Part shown: positions 10,584 to 20,833 of the stretch, in pieces | Layout: each line of letters begins with the position of its first letter | Position numbering within the stretch: position 1 is the first letter of the stretch | Origin: an uncultured beta proteobacterium | Lineage (GTDB): Bacteria > Pseudomonadota > Gammaproteobacteria > Burkholderiales > Burkholderiaceae_C | DNA: 64,000 nt | Direction of reading: 5' to 3' | NCBI GenBank assembly: GCA_963774675.1 | Contig: CAVZFV010000010.1 | Coordinates: 52,793 to 116,792 of the forward strand | Position numbers and translations under genes: made by a program | Notes under the pieces: model-generated | What the model was told of the DNA's origin: nothing | The model's input: only the letters and a program-made list of their open reading frames with translations | The model's database searches: none

Positions 10584-10895
10584 ATGCCGAAGGTTCGCCA
10601 GCGCGCTGCAGCGCGGCGCGACCTGGTCGAGCAGTTCGTTCATCTCGCAGACAGTGCCGGTCTCGCAACGGCAGAGCGCTTTCCGGCCCAGGCGCGATGC
10701 CGAAGCGATCACCGCCGCCTTCACCGGCCGCGGGCCGTGGAAGCGGCGTGTACCGCCGATCCTCGAAGCGCTCGCCCCGCTCGGCCGCGCGCGGCAGGTG
10801 AACGGGCAATGGGTCGCGGGGTGAGGCGGCTGCGCGGCAGACGATCGCGGGTGAGGCTGCGGCGCGGCGGCGCGGCTGAAGTGGGCGGGCATTGA
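10584..10895 (+). pseudogene. ParE-like toxin remnant (degenerate)
   Basis: It starts 9 nt after parD. The first ~33 aa (MPKVRQRAAARRDLVEQFVHLADSAGLATAERF) look like a ParE N-terminus. The rest is Arg/Ala-rich nonsense, and a ParE-like ..APLGRAR.. block sits in another frame. Confidence 0.3.
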
Positions 10896-10987
10896 GCCCA
10901 CCGCGCGCGAGGCGTAGGTGCCCGCCGCGATCACCGCCTACCGCCCGCGCGTTGGTGACGCTTCCTGGCTGAAGCCGGCCGGCGCGC

Positions 10988-12331
10988 TCAGTAGACGCCC
11001 TGCATCAACATTGCGTCGGCGACCTTGACGAAGCCGGCGATGTTGGCGCCGGCGACGTAGTTGATCGAGCCGTCTTCGCGCTTGCCGTGACGCACGCAGT
11101 TCTCGTGGATGTCCATCATGATCGCGTGCAGGCGTTCGTCCACTTCGCCGGCCGACCACGACAGACGCTGCGCGTTCTGCGACATCTCGAGCCCCGAGAC
11201 GGCGACGCCGCCGGCGTTGCTCGCCTTGCCAGGGCCATACAGCGTGCGTGCGTGCTCGAAGACATCCATCGCCCCGGGCGTGCACGGCATGTTGGCGCCT
11301 TCTGCGACGCAGACGACGCCGTTCGCGACGAGGGTGGCGGCGTCGTCTTCGTCGAGTTCGTTCTCGGTGGCGCATGGCAGTGCGATGTCTGTCGGCACAT
11401 GCCAGGGGCGCTTGCCGGCTTCGAATTGCAGGCCGAACCGGGTCGCGAACTCGGACAGCCGGCCGCGCTTGACGTTCTTCAACTCGATCAGTGCCTGAAG
11501 CTTCTCGGTGTCGATGCCGTCACGGTCGACGACGGTGCCGCCGGAGTCCGAGAGCGTGATCACGCGCGCGCCGAGCTCGATCGCCTTCTCGGCGGCGTAC
11601 TGGGCGACGTTGCCCGAGCCGGAGATCGACACCCGGCGGCCGTCGAAGGTCTGATCCTTGCGGTGCAGCATCTGCTCGGCGAAGTACACCGTGCCGTATC
11701 CCGTGCCCTCCGGCCGGATCAGGCTGCCGCCATAGGCGATGTGCTTGCCGGTGAAGACGCAGCCGGTGTCGTTGGAGAGCTTCTTCATCGCGCCCGCCAT
11801 GAAGCCGACCTCGCGCGCGCCGACGCCGATGTCGCCCGCCGGCACGTCGGTTTGCGAGCCGAGGTGGCGATACAGCTCGCTCATCAGCGCCTGGCAAAAG
11901 CGCATCACCTCGCCGTCGCTCTTGCCCTTCGGGTCGAAATCCGAGCCGCCCTTGCCGCCGCCCATCGGCAGGGTGGTGAGCGAGTTCTTCAACGTCTGCT
12001 CAAAGGCGAGGAACTTCAGGATCGACAGCGTGACCGTCGGATGAAAGCGCATGCCGCCCTTGAACGGGCCGATCGCCGAGCTGTGCTGCACACGAAACGC
12101 GCGGTTCACCTGCGTCTGGCCGGCGTCGTCGACCCAGGCGACGCGAAACTGGATCACGCGCTCGGGCTCGACGAGGCGCTCCAGAAGCGCGTACTCGGCG
12201 TATTGCGGATTCGCCTGGACGAAGGGCCACAGGCTGACCATCACTTCGCGCACGGCCTGCAGGAATTCGGGTTGATGTGGGTCGCGGCGCGCCACGGCGT
12301 CGAGGAAGTTTTCCGGGCTATCGAATTTCAA
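10988..12331 (-). CDS. gdhA: NADP-specific glutamate dehydrogenase
   Basis: 447 aa. GGGKGGSDFDPKGKS catalytic Lys region, GSGNVAQYA dinucleotide fold, and end-to-end similarity to GdhA. Confidence 0.95.
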   Translation of the reverse strand: MKFDSPENFLDAVARRDPHQPEFLQAVREVMVSLWPFVQANPQYAEYALLERLVEPERVIQFRVAWVDDAGQTQVNRAFRVQHSSAIGPFKGGMRFHPTVTLSILKFLAFEQTLKNSLTTLPMGGGKGGSDFDPKGKSDGEVMRFCQALMSELYRHLGSQTDVPAGDIGVGAREVGFMAGAMKKLSNDTGCVFTGKHIAYGGSLIRPEGTGYGTVYFAEQMLHRKDQTFDGRRVSISGSGNVAQYAAEKAIELGARVITLSDSGGTVVDRDGIDTEKLQALIELKNVKRGRLSEFATRFGLQFEAGKRPWHVPTDIALPCATENELDEDDAATLVANGVVCVAEGANMPCTPGAMDVFEHARTLYGPGKASNAGGVAVSGLEMSQNAQRLSWSAGEVDERLHAIMMDIHENCVRHGKREDGSINYVAGANIAGFVKVADAMLMQGVY

Positions 12332-12487
12332 AGCGGCCTCCAGCAGACAAGCCCCGGCCGGACAAGGCTTGTTGGGCGAGGTGCACCATTTGGGTGCGGG
12401 GAGGCATTGTAGGGTGCGGTTTTGGGGGTGACCCTTGGTTTTGCAGGAGGGGCTGTTGCGTTGCCCCTCGTGCTTCGCGTGGCTCTC

Positions 12488-12514
12488 GCGCGCCGGGCAT
12501 TGAGCCCGGCGCGC
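12488..12514 (-). terminator. GC-rich hairpin downstream of the LytTR operon
   Basis: Perfect 10-bp stem GCGCGCCGGG/CCCGGCGCGC with a 7-nt loop. No U-tract follows. Confidence 0.3.
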
Positions 12515-12555
12515 TCGCCGGCCGCTACGCTGGTCGATCCCCGATTCCGGGGCAC

Positions 12556-12612
12556 CTCGCCCTTCGCTTCGCGTCCTCTCGCCCTTCGCTTCGCGTCCTC
12601 TCGCCCTTCGCT
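12556..12612. repeat. 22-nt tandem repeat, about 2.6 copies
   Basis: CTCGCCCTTCGCTTCGCGTCCT occurs twice exactly (12556-12577, 12578-12599) plus a partial third copy. It abuts the 3' end of the LytTR gene. Confidence 0.85.
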
Positions 12613-12619
12613 CCGGCGT

Positions 12620-13432
12620 CTACATCCCTTTGAAAAGCCCCGCGTAGCTGCGGCTGACTTCGAGCTTTTGGGGGTGGCCCTTGACGGCGACGAGTTGGCG
12701 GCCGCGCAGGTCGCGGCTGACGCCGGCGATCGCCTTGGTGTTGACGAGCGTCGAGCGGTGGATCTGCCAGAAGAGGTTCATGTCGAGTTCTTCGACGAGT
12801 TCCTTGATCGGCTTGCGGATCAGCGCTTCGACCTGTGCCGTCTGCACGCGCGTGTACTTCTCGTCGCTGATGAAGAACAGCACCTCTTCGACCGGAATCA
12901 TCTGGATGTTCTGGCCGACGGTGGCCTGGATCCACTTCAGCCGGTTTGGCGCCGTGCCGGGGTCGAGCCTGGCAGCGAGCGTGTTGAGCAACTGCTGCAA
13001 CGCGGCGGGGGAGGGGTCGCTTGGCGAAGCGCCGGTCGCTTCGCGCTGCGCGAGACGCTTCTTGATGCGCTCGACGGTGAGCGCGAGGCGTTCGCGCTCG
13101 GCGGGCTTCAAGACATAGTCCACCACGCCTTGCTCGAAAGCCTCGACCGCGTATTGGTCGTAGGCGGTGATGAAGACGATCTCGCAGCCCGGCCAATCGT
13201 CGTCGGCCGGCAATTGCGCGATCTGGCGCGCCGCATCCACACCCGTCATACCCGGCATGCGGATATCGAGGAAGACGAGGTCGGGGTGGAGCTTGGCCGT
13301 CAGCTCCACCGCCTCGACGCCGTTCTTCGCCTCGCCGACGAGTTCGAGCTCGGGCCACGCCTCGGCGAGGCGCGTGCGCAACTGCTCGCGCATCAGGCGT
13401 TCGTCGTCGGCGATCAGGGCGCGCGTCGTCAC
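12620..13432 (-). CDS. LytTR-family response regulator
   Basis: Receiver domain (ALIADDE, DLVFLDIRMPGMTG) plus C-terminal LytTR DNA-binding domain (FWQIHRSTLVNTKAI). Start set to GTG 13432, which overlaps the upstream stop (GTGA). Confidence 0.85.
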   Translation of the reverse strand: MTTRALIADDERLMREQLRTRLAEAWPELELVGEAKNGVEAVELTAKLHPDLVFLDIRMPGMTGVDAARQIAQLPADDDWPGCEIVFITAYDQYAVEAFEQGVVDYVLKPAERERLALTVERIKKRLAQREATGASPSDPSPAALQQLLNTLAARLDPGTAPNRLKWIQATVGQNIQMIPVEEVLFFISDEKYTRVQTAQVEALIRKPIKELVEELDMNLFWQIHRSTLVNTKAIAGVSRDLRGRQLVAVKGHPQKLEVSRSYAGLFKGM

Positions 13433-13884
13433 AGGTCGATTGTGTTCGATGTGTCGCTGCGGGAAGGCTCGGTCCGCGCAGCCTGTGCCGCGCGTTCCGC
13501 GATCCTGGCACGGCGCTGCGCACGCCGCCACAGCCAGAACAGCAGCAGCAAGGGCAGCAGCAGCGGCGCCATGCCGAGCACGCCGATGCCCAGCGCGAGG
13601 CCGACGACGAGCAACACCGCGCCGACGACGAGTAGCACCGGCAGCAGCACGCCCACGAGCAGCACGAGCGGCACCGCGATCACGAGCAGCACCAACCCGA
13701 GCAGCAGGCCAAAGCCCCCGCTGGCCACCTGCCAGCTCGAGAGATCCGCCAGGTGGATTTCGCGGTCATTGACCGTGATGTGCACCGCATCGTGCGGCAC
13801 GCCGTGCAGCGCCACAAATAAGATCAGCAGACCTGCGGCGCCGAGCAGCACAAGCACGCCCAGCGCGACCAGGAGCTTGTTCAT
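13429..13884 (-). CDS. Small polytopic membrane protein encoded between the kinase and the regulator
   Basis: 151 aa with 3-4 hydrophobic helices. ATGA overlap with the kinase stop and GTGA overlap with the regulator start. Confidence 0.6.
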   Translation of the reverse strand: MNKLLVALGVLVLLGAAGLLILFVALHGVPHDAVHITVNDREIHLADLSSWQVASGGFGLLLGLVLLVIAVPLVLLVGVLLPVLLVVGAVLLVVGLALGIGVLGMAPLLLPLLLLFWLWRRAQRRARIAERAAQAARTEPSRSDTSNTIDL

Positions 13885-15335
13885 CGCGATGCGCCTCCGT
13901 TGCGAGCCTTGGACCGATACGGCACGGTGATCGTCACGCGCGTGCCGCCGCCCTCATTCTCCGTCACTGTGAGCTGGGCGTGCTTGCCGTACAGCAGCAG
14001 AAGGCGCTCGCGAATGTTCGTCAGGCCGAGGCCGGTGCCGGCGGTCGCCGCCTTGCCGAAGCCGAGGCCGGTGTCGGCGACGCTCACCTCCAGATCGCCG
14101 TCCACGATCTCGGCGGCGACGGTCAAGGTGCCGCCTTCGGCCTTGGGCTCCAGTCCATGCTTGATGGCGTTTTCGACCAGCGATTGCAACATCATCGGCG
14201 GGAACTCGGCCGACAGCAGGCCGTCGCTGACGCGGACCTCGGTCTGCAGGCGCTCCTCCATGCGCACCTTCAGGATTTCGAGGTACGGCCGGATCACGGC
14301 GAGCTCGCGCCCGAGGTTGGTGTCGGCCTCGCGCAGCGTGGGCATGCTCGCACGCAGCAGCGCGATCAGGTTCTTCTGCATCTTGCTTGCGCGCGGCGGG
14401 TCGGTCTCGATCAGATGGTCGATCGAGGCCAGCGTGTTGAACAGGAAGTGCGGCTCCACCTGCGCCTGCATCGCCGCCATGCGCGCCTCGACGACCTGGC
14501 GCTTGAGCGATTCGGCCTCCGCCGTCTCGGTCGCCGCGGCCGCCTTGACCTCTGCCTGCAGCCGGCCCTTGTAGGTGATCTTCAGGATCACGGAGGCGAT
14601 GATGAAGAGGAACGCAAGCGGTGGCAGCGGCTCGCCGAGCTCGACCCTGTGAATTCGCGTGCGCGGCAGGTCCATCACGTCGGCCTTGGCCTGCTCGGCG
14701 TCGGCCTGCACCTGCTTGGCATCGTTGACCGCTTCCTCGATTGCCTGGCGCGCGTCTTCGACCGCCTCGCGCACGTCTGCGGATTTCACGCTCGCCGGCA
14801 GATCGATCGAGATCGACGGCAGCCTCGGGTGACGCACTGTCGTGTCGCCCGCTGCCCCGCTCGCCGCGTTGTTCGCCGCTTTGTTCGCTGCATCGCTTGC
14901 TGCGTCCGTCGGAACCGTGGCATTCGCAGTGCCGGACGAAGATGCCGCGCTCGCGGCGCTCGCCCCGCTCGCCCCGTCCGTGGCGCTTGCCGCAGAGGCC
15001 GCCTTCTCGCCCACCGGGCGGATGCGGATGCCGCGATCGTCGATCGTCACGTCGTAATGCACCGGCTTGTCGAGCGCCACCGCGGGCTTGGGCGGCCGTG
15101 GCGGCCTGGGCGGCAGGTGCTCGACGGTCTCCGAAATGCGCCACGTGAACGGCGGCAGGTTCTGCAACACGCCCGAAATGATCATCAGCAGGATGGAGAG
15201 CACGATGAAGCGCTTCCAGCTGATGCCGACCAGCCAGTTCGCGTAGGCGTGAAACGTGCGCACCGACCAGGCGGCGAAGCGCTGCGCGTGGCTGGGGGGC
15301 ACGTTGGCTCCGGAATGTGTCGAACGGTTGGTCAT
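13881..15335 (-). CDS. LytS/YehU-type sensor histidine kinase
   Basis: H-box VEPHFLFNTLASIDHLI (His_kinase PF06580 type) and ATPase boxes GLGFG / GLGLTNIRERLLLLYG. Two TM helices flank a ~190-aa Ala/Ser/Pro-rich segment. Confidence 0.85.
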   Translation of the reverse strand: MTNRSTHSGANVPPSHAQRFAAWSVRTFHAYANWLVGISWKRFIVLSILLMIISGVLQNLPPFTWRISETVEHLPPRPPRPPKPAVALDKPVHYDVTIDDRGIRIRPVGEKAASAASATDGASGASAASAASSSGTANATVPTDAASDAANKAANNAASGAAGDTTVRHPRLPSISIDLPASVKSADVREAVEDARQAIEEAVNDAKQVQADAEQAKADVMDLPRTRIHRVELGEPLPPLAFLFIIASVILKITYKGRLQAEVKAAAATETAEAESLKRQVVEARMAAMQAQVEPHFLFNTLASIDHLIETDPPRASKMQKNLIALLRASMPTLREADTNLGRELAVIRPYLEILKVRMEERLQTEVRVSDGLLSAEFPPMMLQSLVENAIKHGLEPKAEGGTLTVAAEIVDGDLEVSVADTGLGFGKAATAGTGLGLTNIRERLLLLYGKHAQLTVTENEGGGTRVTITVPYRSKARNGGASR

Positions 15336-15496
15336 GGGGTATGCGTAATAGGTACTGATGCCACTCTAGCGGCGAACCGCGCCTCCACCCAGCGCGAAGC
15401 GACACGCTGCGCGCGCGGTGCGACAGGGTGCATGACGCATCGACGGACCGTTCGCCCGCCGACCCGGCGAAACTGCGCGAAGGCCGTCTCGGTCGA

Positions 15497-16033
15497 TCAG
15501 CGCCGCCCGAAACCCATGCGGCCGAGCAATCCGTCGCGATCGACAAGCTGGTGCTTGATGGCGGCGGCCACATGCAGCGCGACGAGTGCGGCGAGCGTGT
15601 ACGCGAGCAGCGCATGCAGCGGCTTGAGCGACGCCGCGAGCGCCTTGTCCGCCGCGACGAAATCGGGCAGCGCGAGCGCGCCGAACCAGACCACCGGAAG
15701 ACCAGCCGCCGAGCTGTAGGCCCAGCCGGCCAGCGGCACGGCGAAAAAGAGCACGTACATCGCGACGTGCGTGGCGTGCGCCGCGACGCGCTGCCAGCGG
15801 GCCATCGGCACATCGGGCGGCGGGCGGTGCGCAAGGCGCCAGGCAAGCCGCAGGAGCGAAAGCACAAGAATCGTGACGCCGGCCCACCGGTGCCAATGCA
15901 CGAGCTTCAGGCGCAACGGCGAAACGGACAAGTCGCTCATGAAGTTGCCGACCAGCAGGCTGGCCAGGATCGCCGCCGCGAGCAGCCAGTGCAGCGCGAT
16001 CGCGGTGGTGGTGTAGCGGGGATGCGTGGTCAC
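15497..16033 (-). CDS. cybB: Cytochrome b561
   Basis: TAIALHWLLA, HRWAGV, HVAMYVLFFAVPLAGW and LHVAAAIKH are haem-ligand histidine helices. Start placed at GTG 16033; the upstream ORF extension is Arg/Pro-rich. Confidence 0.75.
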   Translation of the reverse strand: MTTHPRYTTTAIALHWLLAAAILASLLVGNFMSDLSVSPLRLKLVHWHRWAGVTILVLSLLRLAWRLAHRPPPDVPMARWQRVAAHATHVAMYVLFFAVPLAGWAYSSAAGLPVVWFGALALPDFVAADKALAASLKPLHALLAYTLAALVALHVAAAIKHQLVDRDGLLGRMGFGRR

Positions 16034-16224
16034 GGGGTGAGTGCTTCGACTTGGACGCCGTGGATCGGCGCGCCCGATTCGATCTCGCCTGCCAGCAGTG
16101 CCATCGGGCGATTGTTGCCGGCTTTGCGCGCTGCCGCAGACCGCTCCGGGCCGCCCTTGAAGCGGCGGGCCGCGGCGCGCCGCGCGAGACGGTACGATCG
16201 AAGCGAACCGGAGAGGGTAGAGGC

Positions 16225-16938
16225 ATGAACAAAGGTCAACGAAGCGTGATGGTGACCGGCGCCGCAGGGCACCTCGGCCGGGCCGTCGCCGCAGCATTCG
16301 ATGCGCAGGGTGCCCGTCTGGTGCTCGTCGATCGTGATCAGGGGGCCCTCGATGAAGCGTTCGGTGGCGCGTCGGCGCCCGCGGGCGAGACGCTGCTGCT
16401 CGCGGCCGATCTGCTGGACGGCGCGAAAGTCGCCGCCGCCGTCGCCAGCGCCGTGCAGCGCTTCGGCCGCATCGACGCGGTGTGCCACCTCGCGGGCGGA
16501 TTCCGGATGGGCGAGCCGGTGCACGAAACGTCGGATGCGAACTGGGATTTCCTGTTCGACATCAACACCCGCACGTTGCGCAACATCGCGCGCGGCGTCG
16601 TGCCGCAGATGCTCGCGCAGGGCGGTGGCCGGATCGTCACCGTCGGCGCGGCGTCGGCTTCGCGCGGGCTGGCGCAGATGGGCGCCTACACGGCGGCCAA
16701 GAGCGCGGCGATTCGGCTGACCGAAGCGATGTCGGCCGAACTGCGCGAGCACAACATCAACGTCAACTGCGTGCTGCCGACGATCATCGACACGCCCGCG
16801 AACCGCGCTTCGATGCCCGATGCCGATCCGGCGCGCTGGGTGGCGCCGGCCGCGCTCGCCGACGTCATCGTCTTCCTATGCTCGGATGCGGCGCGCGCGG
16901 TGCATGGTGCTGCGCTGCCGGTGTCGGGGTTGAGTTGA
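16225..16938 (+). CDS. SDR-family oxidoreductase
   Basis: TGAAGHLG Rossmann motif and YTAAK catalytic motif. Start at MNKGQRSVMVTG. Confidence 0.85.
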   Translation: MNKGQRSVMVTGAAGHLGRAVAAAFDAQGARLVLVDRDQGALDEAFGGASAPAGETLLLAADLLDGAKVAAAVASAVQRFGRIDAVCHLAGGFRMGEPVHETSDANWDFLFDINTRTLRNIARGVVPQMLAQGGGRIVTVGAASASRGLAQMGAYTAAKSAAIRLTEAMSAELREHNINVNCVLPTIIDTPANRASMPDADPARWVAPAALADVIVFLCSDAARAVHGAALPVSGLS

Positions 16939-17031
16939 GTGCGTCGCTGGCGGTCGCGCTACGCGTGCGCGTTCGGCATGTGGGCGTCGTGAAGACAATC
17001 GCACAACCCTAACGAAGAACTGGAGAGTCGC

Positions 17032-18153
<1,122 letters not shown>

Positions 18154-18204
18154 AAGCGAGGACTTGAGCACGACCACCTGATCGCAAGACCCCGCGCGGC
18201 GCCA

Positions 18205-19359
18205 CTATGTCGGCATCGCCCGCAGCGCGTTCTCCAGCGCCAGTAGATCGGCCTCGGTCGTGTAGCCCGCTACCGAAACGCGCACGAAGTGGCGACCGGC
18301 GTGCGTCGTCACTGGCACCTCGATGCGGTGCTGCTCGAACAAGAATCGGCGCAGTGCGTCCGCGTCGTGCGTGGCCACCAGCAGCGGCACCATCAGCGCG
18401 AAGTCCGCGTCGGGCGCGATCGGGGGCAGTCCGGTGCGCGCCGCCACGCGCTGCATCAGCACTGTCGCCAACGCATGGCCGCGTGCGCGCACGAGCGGCC
18501 CGAGATGCCGGCGGTGGAAGTCGAGCGCCGCCGATACCGCCAGCCAGGCGCTCGGGTCGCGCGTGCCCTGCCACTGCAGTCGGCGCTCCAGCGTCGAGCG
18601 GCCGAGATAGGCATCGAATCCGCTGTGGCCGCCGGTGCCCTCGGCGTAGCCCCAGCTTGTCACCGTGGCGTGTAGCTGAGCGTGATGCTCCGGCCGAGCG
18701 TGCAGGAAGCCGGCGCCCTTGGGTGCGCAGACCCATTTGTGCAGGTTGGCGGCATAGAAGTCGGCGCCGACAGCGTCCAAGTTCAGTTCGATCTGGCCCG
18801 GCGCGTGCGCGCCGTCGATCAGCGTGAGCAAGCCCCGCGCCCGCGCCGCGGCGCAGAGTTCGGCCACCGGGAACACGAGCGCGGTGGTCGACGTGATGTG
18901 GCTGGCAAAGACCAGCCGCGTGCGCGGCCTGGCGTGCGCAAGCACCTGCTCGACGAAGCGGCCGCGGTCGAAGGGCAGCGGCACCGTCGCACGCACATAG
19001 GTCGCGCCGCGCTCTTCGCACACGCGCTGCCAGGTGGCGTCGCAGGCGCCGTACTCGTGATCGGTCGTCAGTACCTCGTCGCCGGGCTGGAGGTCGAGCG
19101 ACCTCGCGACGACGTTGACCGCGGTCGTCGCGTTGGGCATGAACACCAGATCATCGGCACGCGCGCCGACGAAGCCGCCGAGCGCCTCGCGCGCGTCCCG
19201 CAGCAACTCGGCCGAGCGCCGGCCGAGGAACTCGACCGGGTTGCGCTCCATCTCGTCCTGCCAACGGCGCTGATCGGCCAGCACCTCGCGCGGGCACGCG
19301 CCGAAGCTGCCGTGGTTCAGGAAGACAAGTGCCGGGTCGAGCAGGAAGTGTTCGCGCAT
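18205..19359 (-). CDS. Class V aminotransferase (isopenicillin-N epimerase / cysteine desulfurase-like)
   Basis: MREHFLLDPALVFLNHGSFGACP N-terminus and a HKW PLP-lysine region (ANLHKWVCAPKG). The longer ORF prefix is rejected as non-coding. Confidence 0.8.
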   Translation of the reverse strand: MREHFLLDPALVFLNHGSFGACPREVLADQRRWQDEMERNPVEFLGRRSAELLRDAREALGGFVGARADDLVFMPNATTAVNVVARSLDLQPGDEVLTTDHEYGACDATWQRVCEERGATYVRATVPLPFDRGRFVEQVLAHARPRTRLVFASHITSTTALVFPVAELCAAARARGLLTLIDGAHAPGQIELNLDAVGADFYAANLHKWVCAPKGAGFLHARPEHHAQLHATVTSWGYAEGTGGHSGFDAYLGRSTLERRLQWQGTRDPSAWLAVSAALDFHRRHLGPLVRARGHALATVLMQRVAARTGLPPIAPDADFALMVPLLVATHDADALRRFLFEQHRIEVPVTTHAGRHFVRVSVAGYTTEADLLALENALRAMPT

Positions 19360-19503
19360 CGCGGCCCAGTTTAGGGGAGGCGCCAGCGTTCGACCGAGTT
19401 CGTGCCACCTTGCCGATGTCCGGCGATGCCTTGTGTGCAACAGGCGATGACGGGCGGCTTTAGCATTGCCGATTGATGTCCGAACAGCGAACCGGAATCC
19501 CTC

Positions 19504-20766
19504 ATGAACCGCCCCATCACCACAGCGCTCGAACATGGCACCCTGACTGCGGCCACAGCGCCGAAGAACGCAGCCGTCGCGGTCAAACCGGCGGCGCTCG
19601 GCATCCTCGGTGCGCTCAGTGCTTCGCACCTGATCAACGACATGATGCAGTCGCTGATCCTGGCGCTCTACCCCGTGCTCAAGGGCACGTTCGCGCTGTC
19701 CTTCACCCAGATCGGGCTCATCACGCTCACCTTCCAGCTCACTGCATCGTTGTTCCAGCCCTTGATCGGCCTCTACACCGACCGGCGGCCGATGCCGTAT
19801 TCGCTTCCCCTGGGCATGACGTCGACGCTGTGCGGCCTGCTGTTCCTCGCCTATGCGCCGAACTACGCCACATTGCTTCTCGCCGCGGCGTTCGTCGGCT
19901 TGGGTTCGGCTGTCTTTCATCCGGAGTCATCCCGGGTCGCGCGCCTGGCGTCCGGCGGGCGCCATGGCTTTGCGCAGTCGATGTTTCAGGTCGGCGGCAA
20001 TACCGGGAGCGCAATCGGGCCGCTGCTCGCGGCGCTGGTGATCGTGCCCTACGGTCAGCACGCCGTTGCGTGGTTCGCGCTGTTCGCGCTGCTGGGCATC
20101 TTCATGCTCTCGGGCGTCAGCCGCTGGTATGCCGCTGGCCATGTTCCGAAGGGGCGCGTGCGACCGGCACCCGAAGCGTCACCCTACCCGCGCAAGACCG
20201 TGCTCGGCGCCATCGCGGTGCTGTTGGTGCTGATCTTTTCGAAGTTCTTCTACATCGCAGGCATCAGCACGTTCTACACGTTTTACTTGACGGACAAATT
20301 CGACGTTTCGGTGCGCGACGCCCAATTGCATCTGTTCGTTTTCCTGTTCGCCGCTGCGCTGGGCACGTTGCTCGGCGGGCCGGTGGGCGACCGCATCGGC
20401 CGCAAGCCGGTGATCTGGTTTTCGATCCTCGGCATCGCGCCTTTCGCGCTGCTGCTGCCGCACGCGAATCTGTTCTGGACGACCGTGCTCACGGTACTCA
20501 TCGGCCTGATCCTGTCCTCTGCGTTCTCCGCAATCCTCGTCTATGCGCAGGAGCTGATGCCGGGCAAGATCGGGATGGTCTCGGGGCTGTTCTTCGGCTT
20601 CGCATTCGGCATGGGCGGCCTCGGGGCCGCAGTGCTTGGCGTACTGGCCGATCGCACGAGCATCGAATTTGTCTACCAGGCAATCGCCTATCTGCCGTTG
20701 CTCGGCGTGGTCGCGGTGCTGCTGCCAAGAAAGCGCGGCGCGCTGCCGACGCCCTTCATCGCGTAG
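19504..20766 (+). CDS. MFS transporter (Fsr/fosmidomycin-resistance-like)
   Basis: 420 aa, about 12 TM helices. SHLINDMMQSLILALYPVLK and LFQPLIGLYTDRR motifs are typical of the Fsr subfamily. Confidence 0.8.
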   Translation: MNRPITTALEHGTLTAATAPKNAAVAVKPAALGILGALSASHLINDMMQSLILALYPVLKGTFALSFTQIGLITLTFQLTASLFQPLIGLYTDRRPMPYSLPLGMTSTLCGLLFLAYAPNYATLLLAAAFVGLGSAVFHPESSRVARLASGGRHGFAQSMFQVGGNTGSAIGPLLAALVIVPYGQHAVAWFALFALLGIFMLSGVSRWYAAGHVPKGRVRPAPEASPYPRKTVLGAIAVLLVLIFSKFFYIAGISTFYTFYLTDKFDVSVRDAQLHLFVFLFAAALGTLLGGPVGDRIGRKPVIWFSILGIAPFALLLPHANLFWTTVLTVLIGLILSSAFSAILVYAQELMPGKIGMVSGLFFGFAFGMGGLGAAVLGVLADRTSIEFVYQAIAYLPLLGVVAVLLPRKRGALPTPFIA

Positions 20767-20833
20767 CGCGCGACCGAGCTGGCCTGCGTCGACAAGGAGT
20801 GCGCCGCGCGGTGTAACGCGCGCGCAGGAGTCG

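Noticed and set aside
11087-12412. 441-aa plus-strand ORF opposite gdhA.
   Set aside because: It lies antisense to a full-length, motif-complete glutamate dehydrogenase and has shadow-ORF composition.
10886-12507. Identical 14-mer CGGGCATTGAGCCC in hairpins on both sides of gdhA (10886-10899 and 12494-12507). Also the 12-mer CTCCTAGAATCG at about 29602 and about 30301.
   Set aside because: Exact repeats of 12-14 nt are expected several times by chance in 64 kb of GC-biased sequence. That is not enough evidence for a repeat family or a shared promoter.
13954-15867. 637-aa minus-strand ORF and 579-aa plus-strand ORF (13980-15719) overlapping the histidine kinase and cytochrome b561 genes.
   Set aside because: Extremely Arg/Gly/Ala-rich. 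They conflict with ORFs that carry clear H-box, ATPase and haem-ligand motifs.
19473-20816. 447-aa alternative-frame ORF overlapping the MFS transporter gene.
   Set aside because: Arg/Pro/Ala-rich and not membrane-like. The 420-aa frame gives a canonical 12-TM MFS protein.
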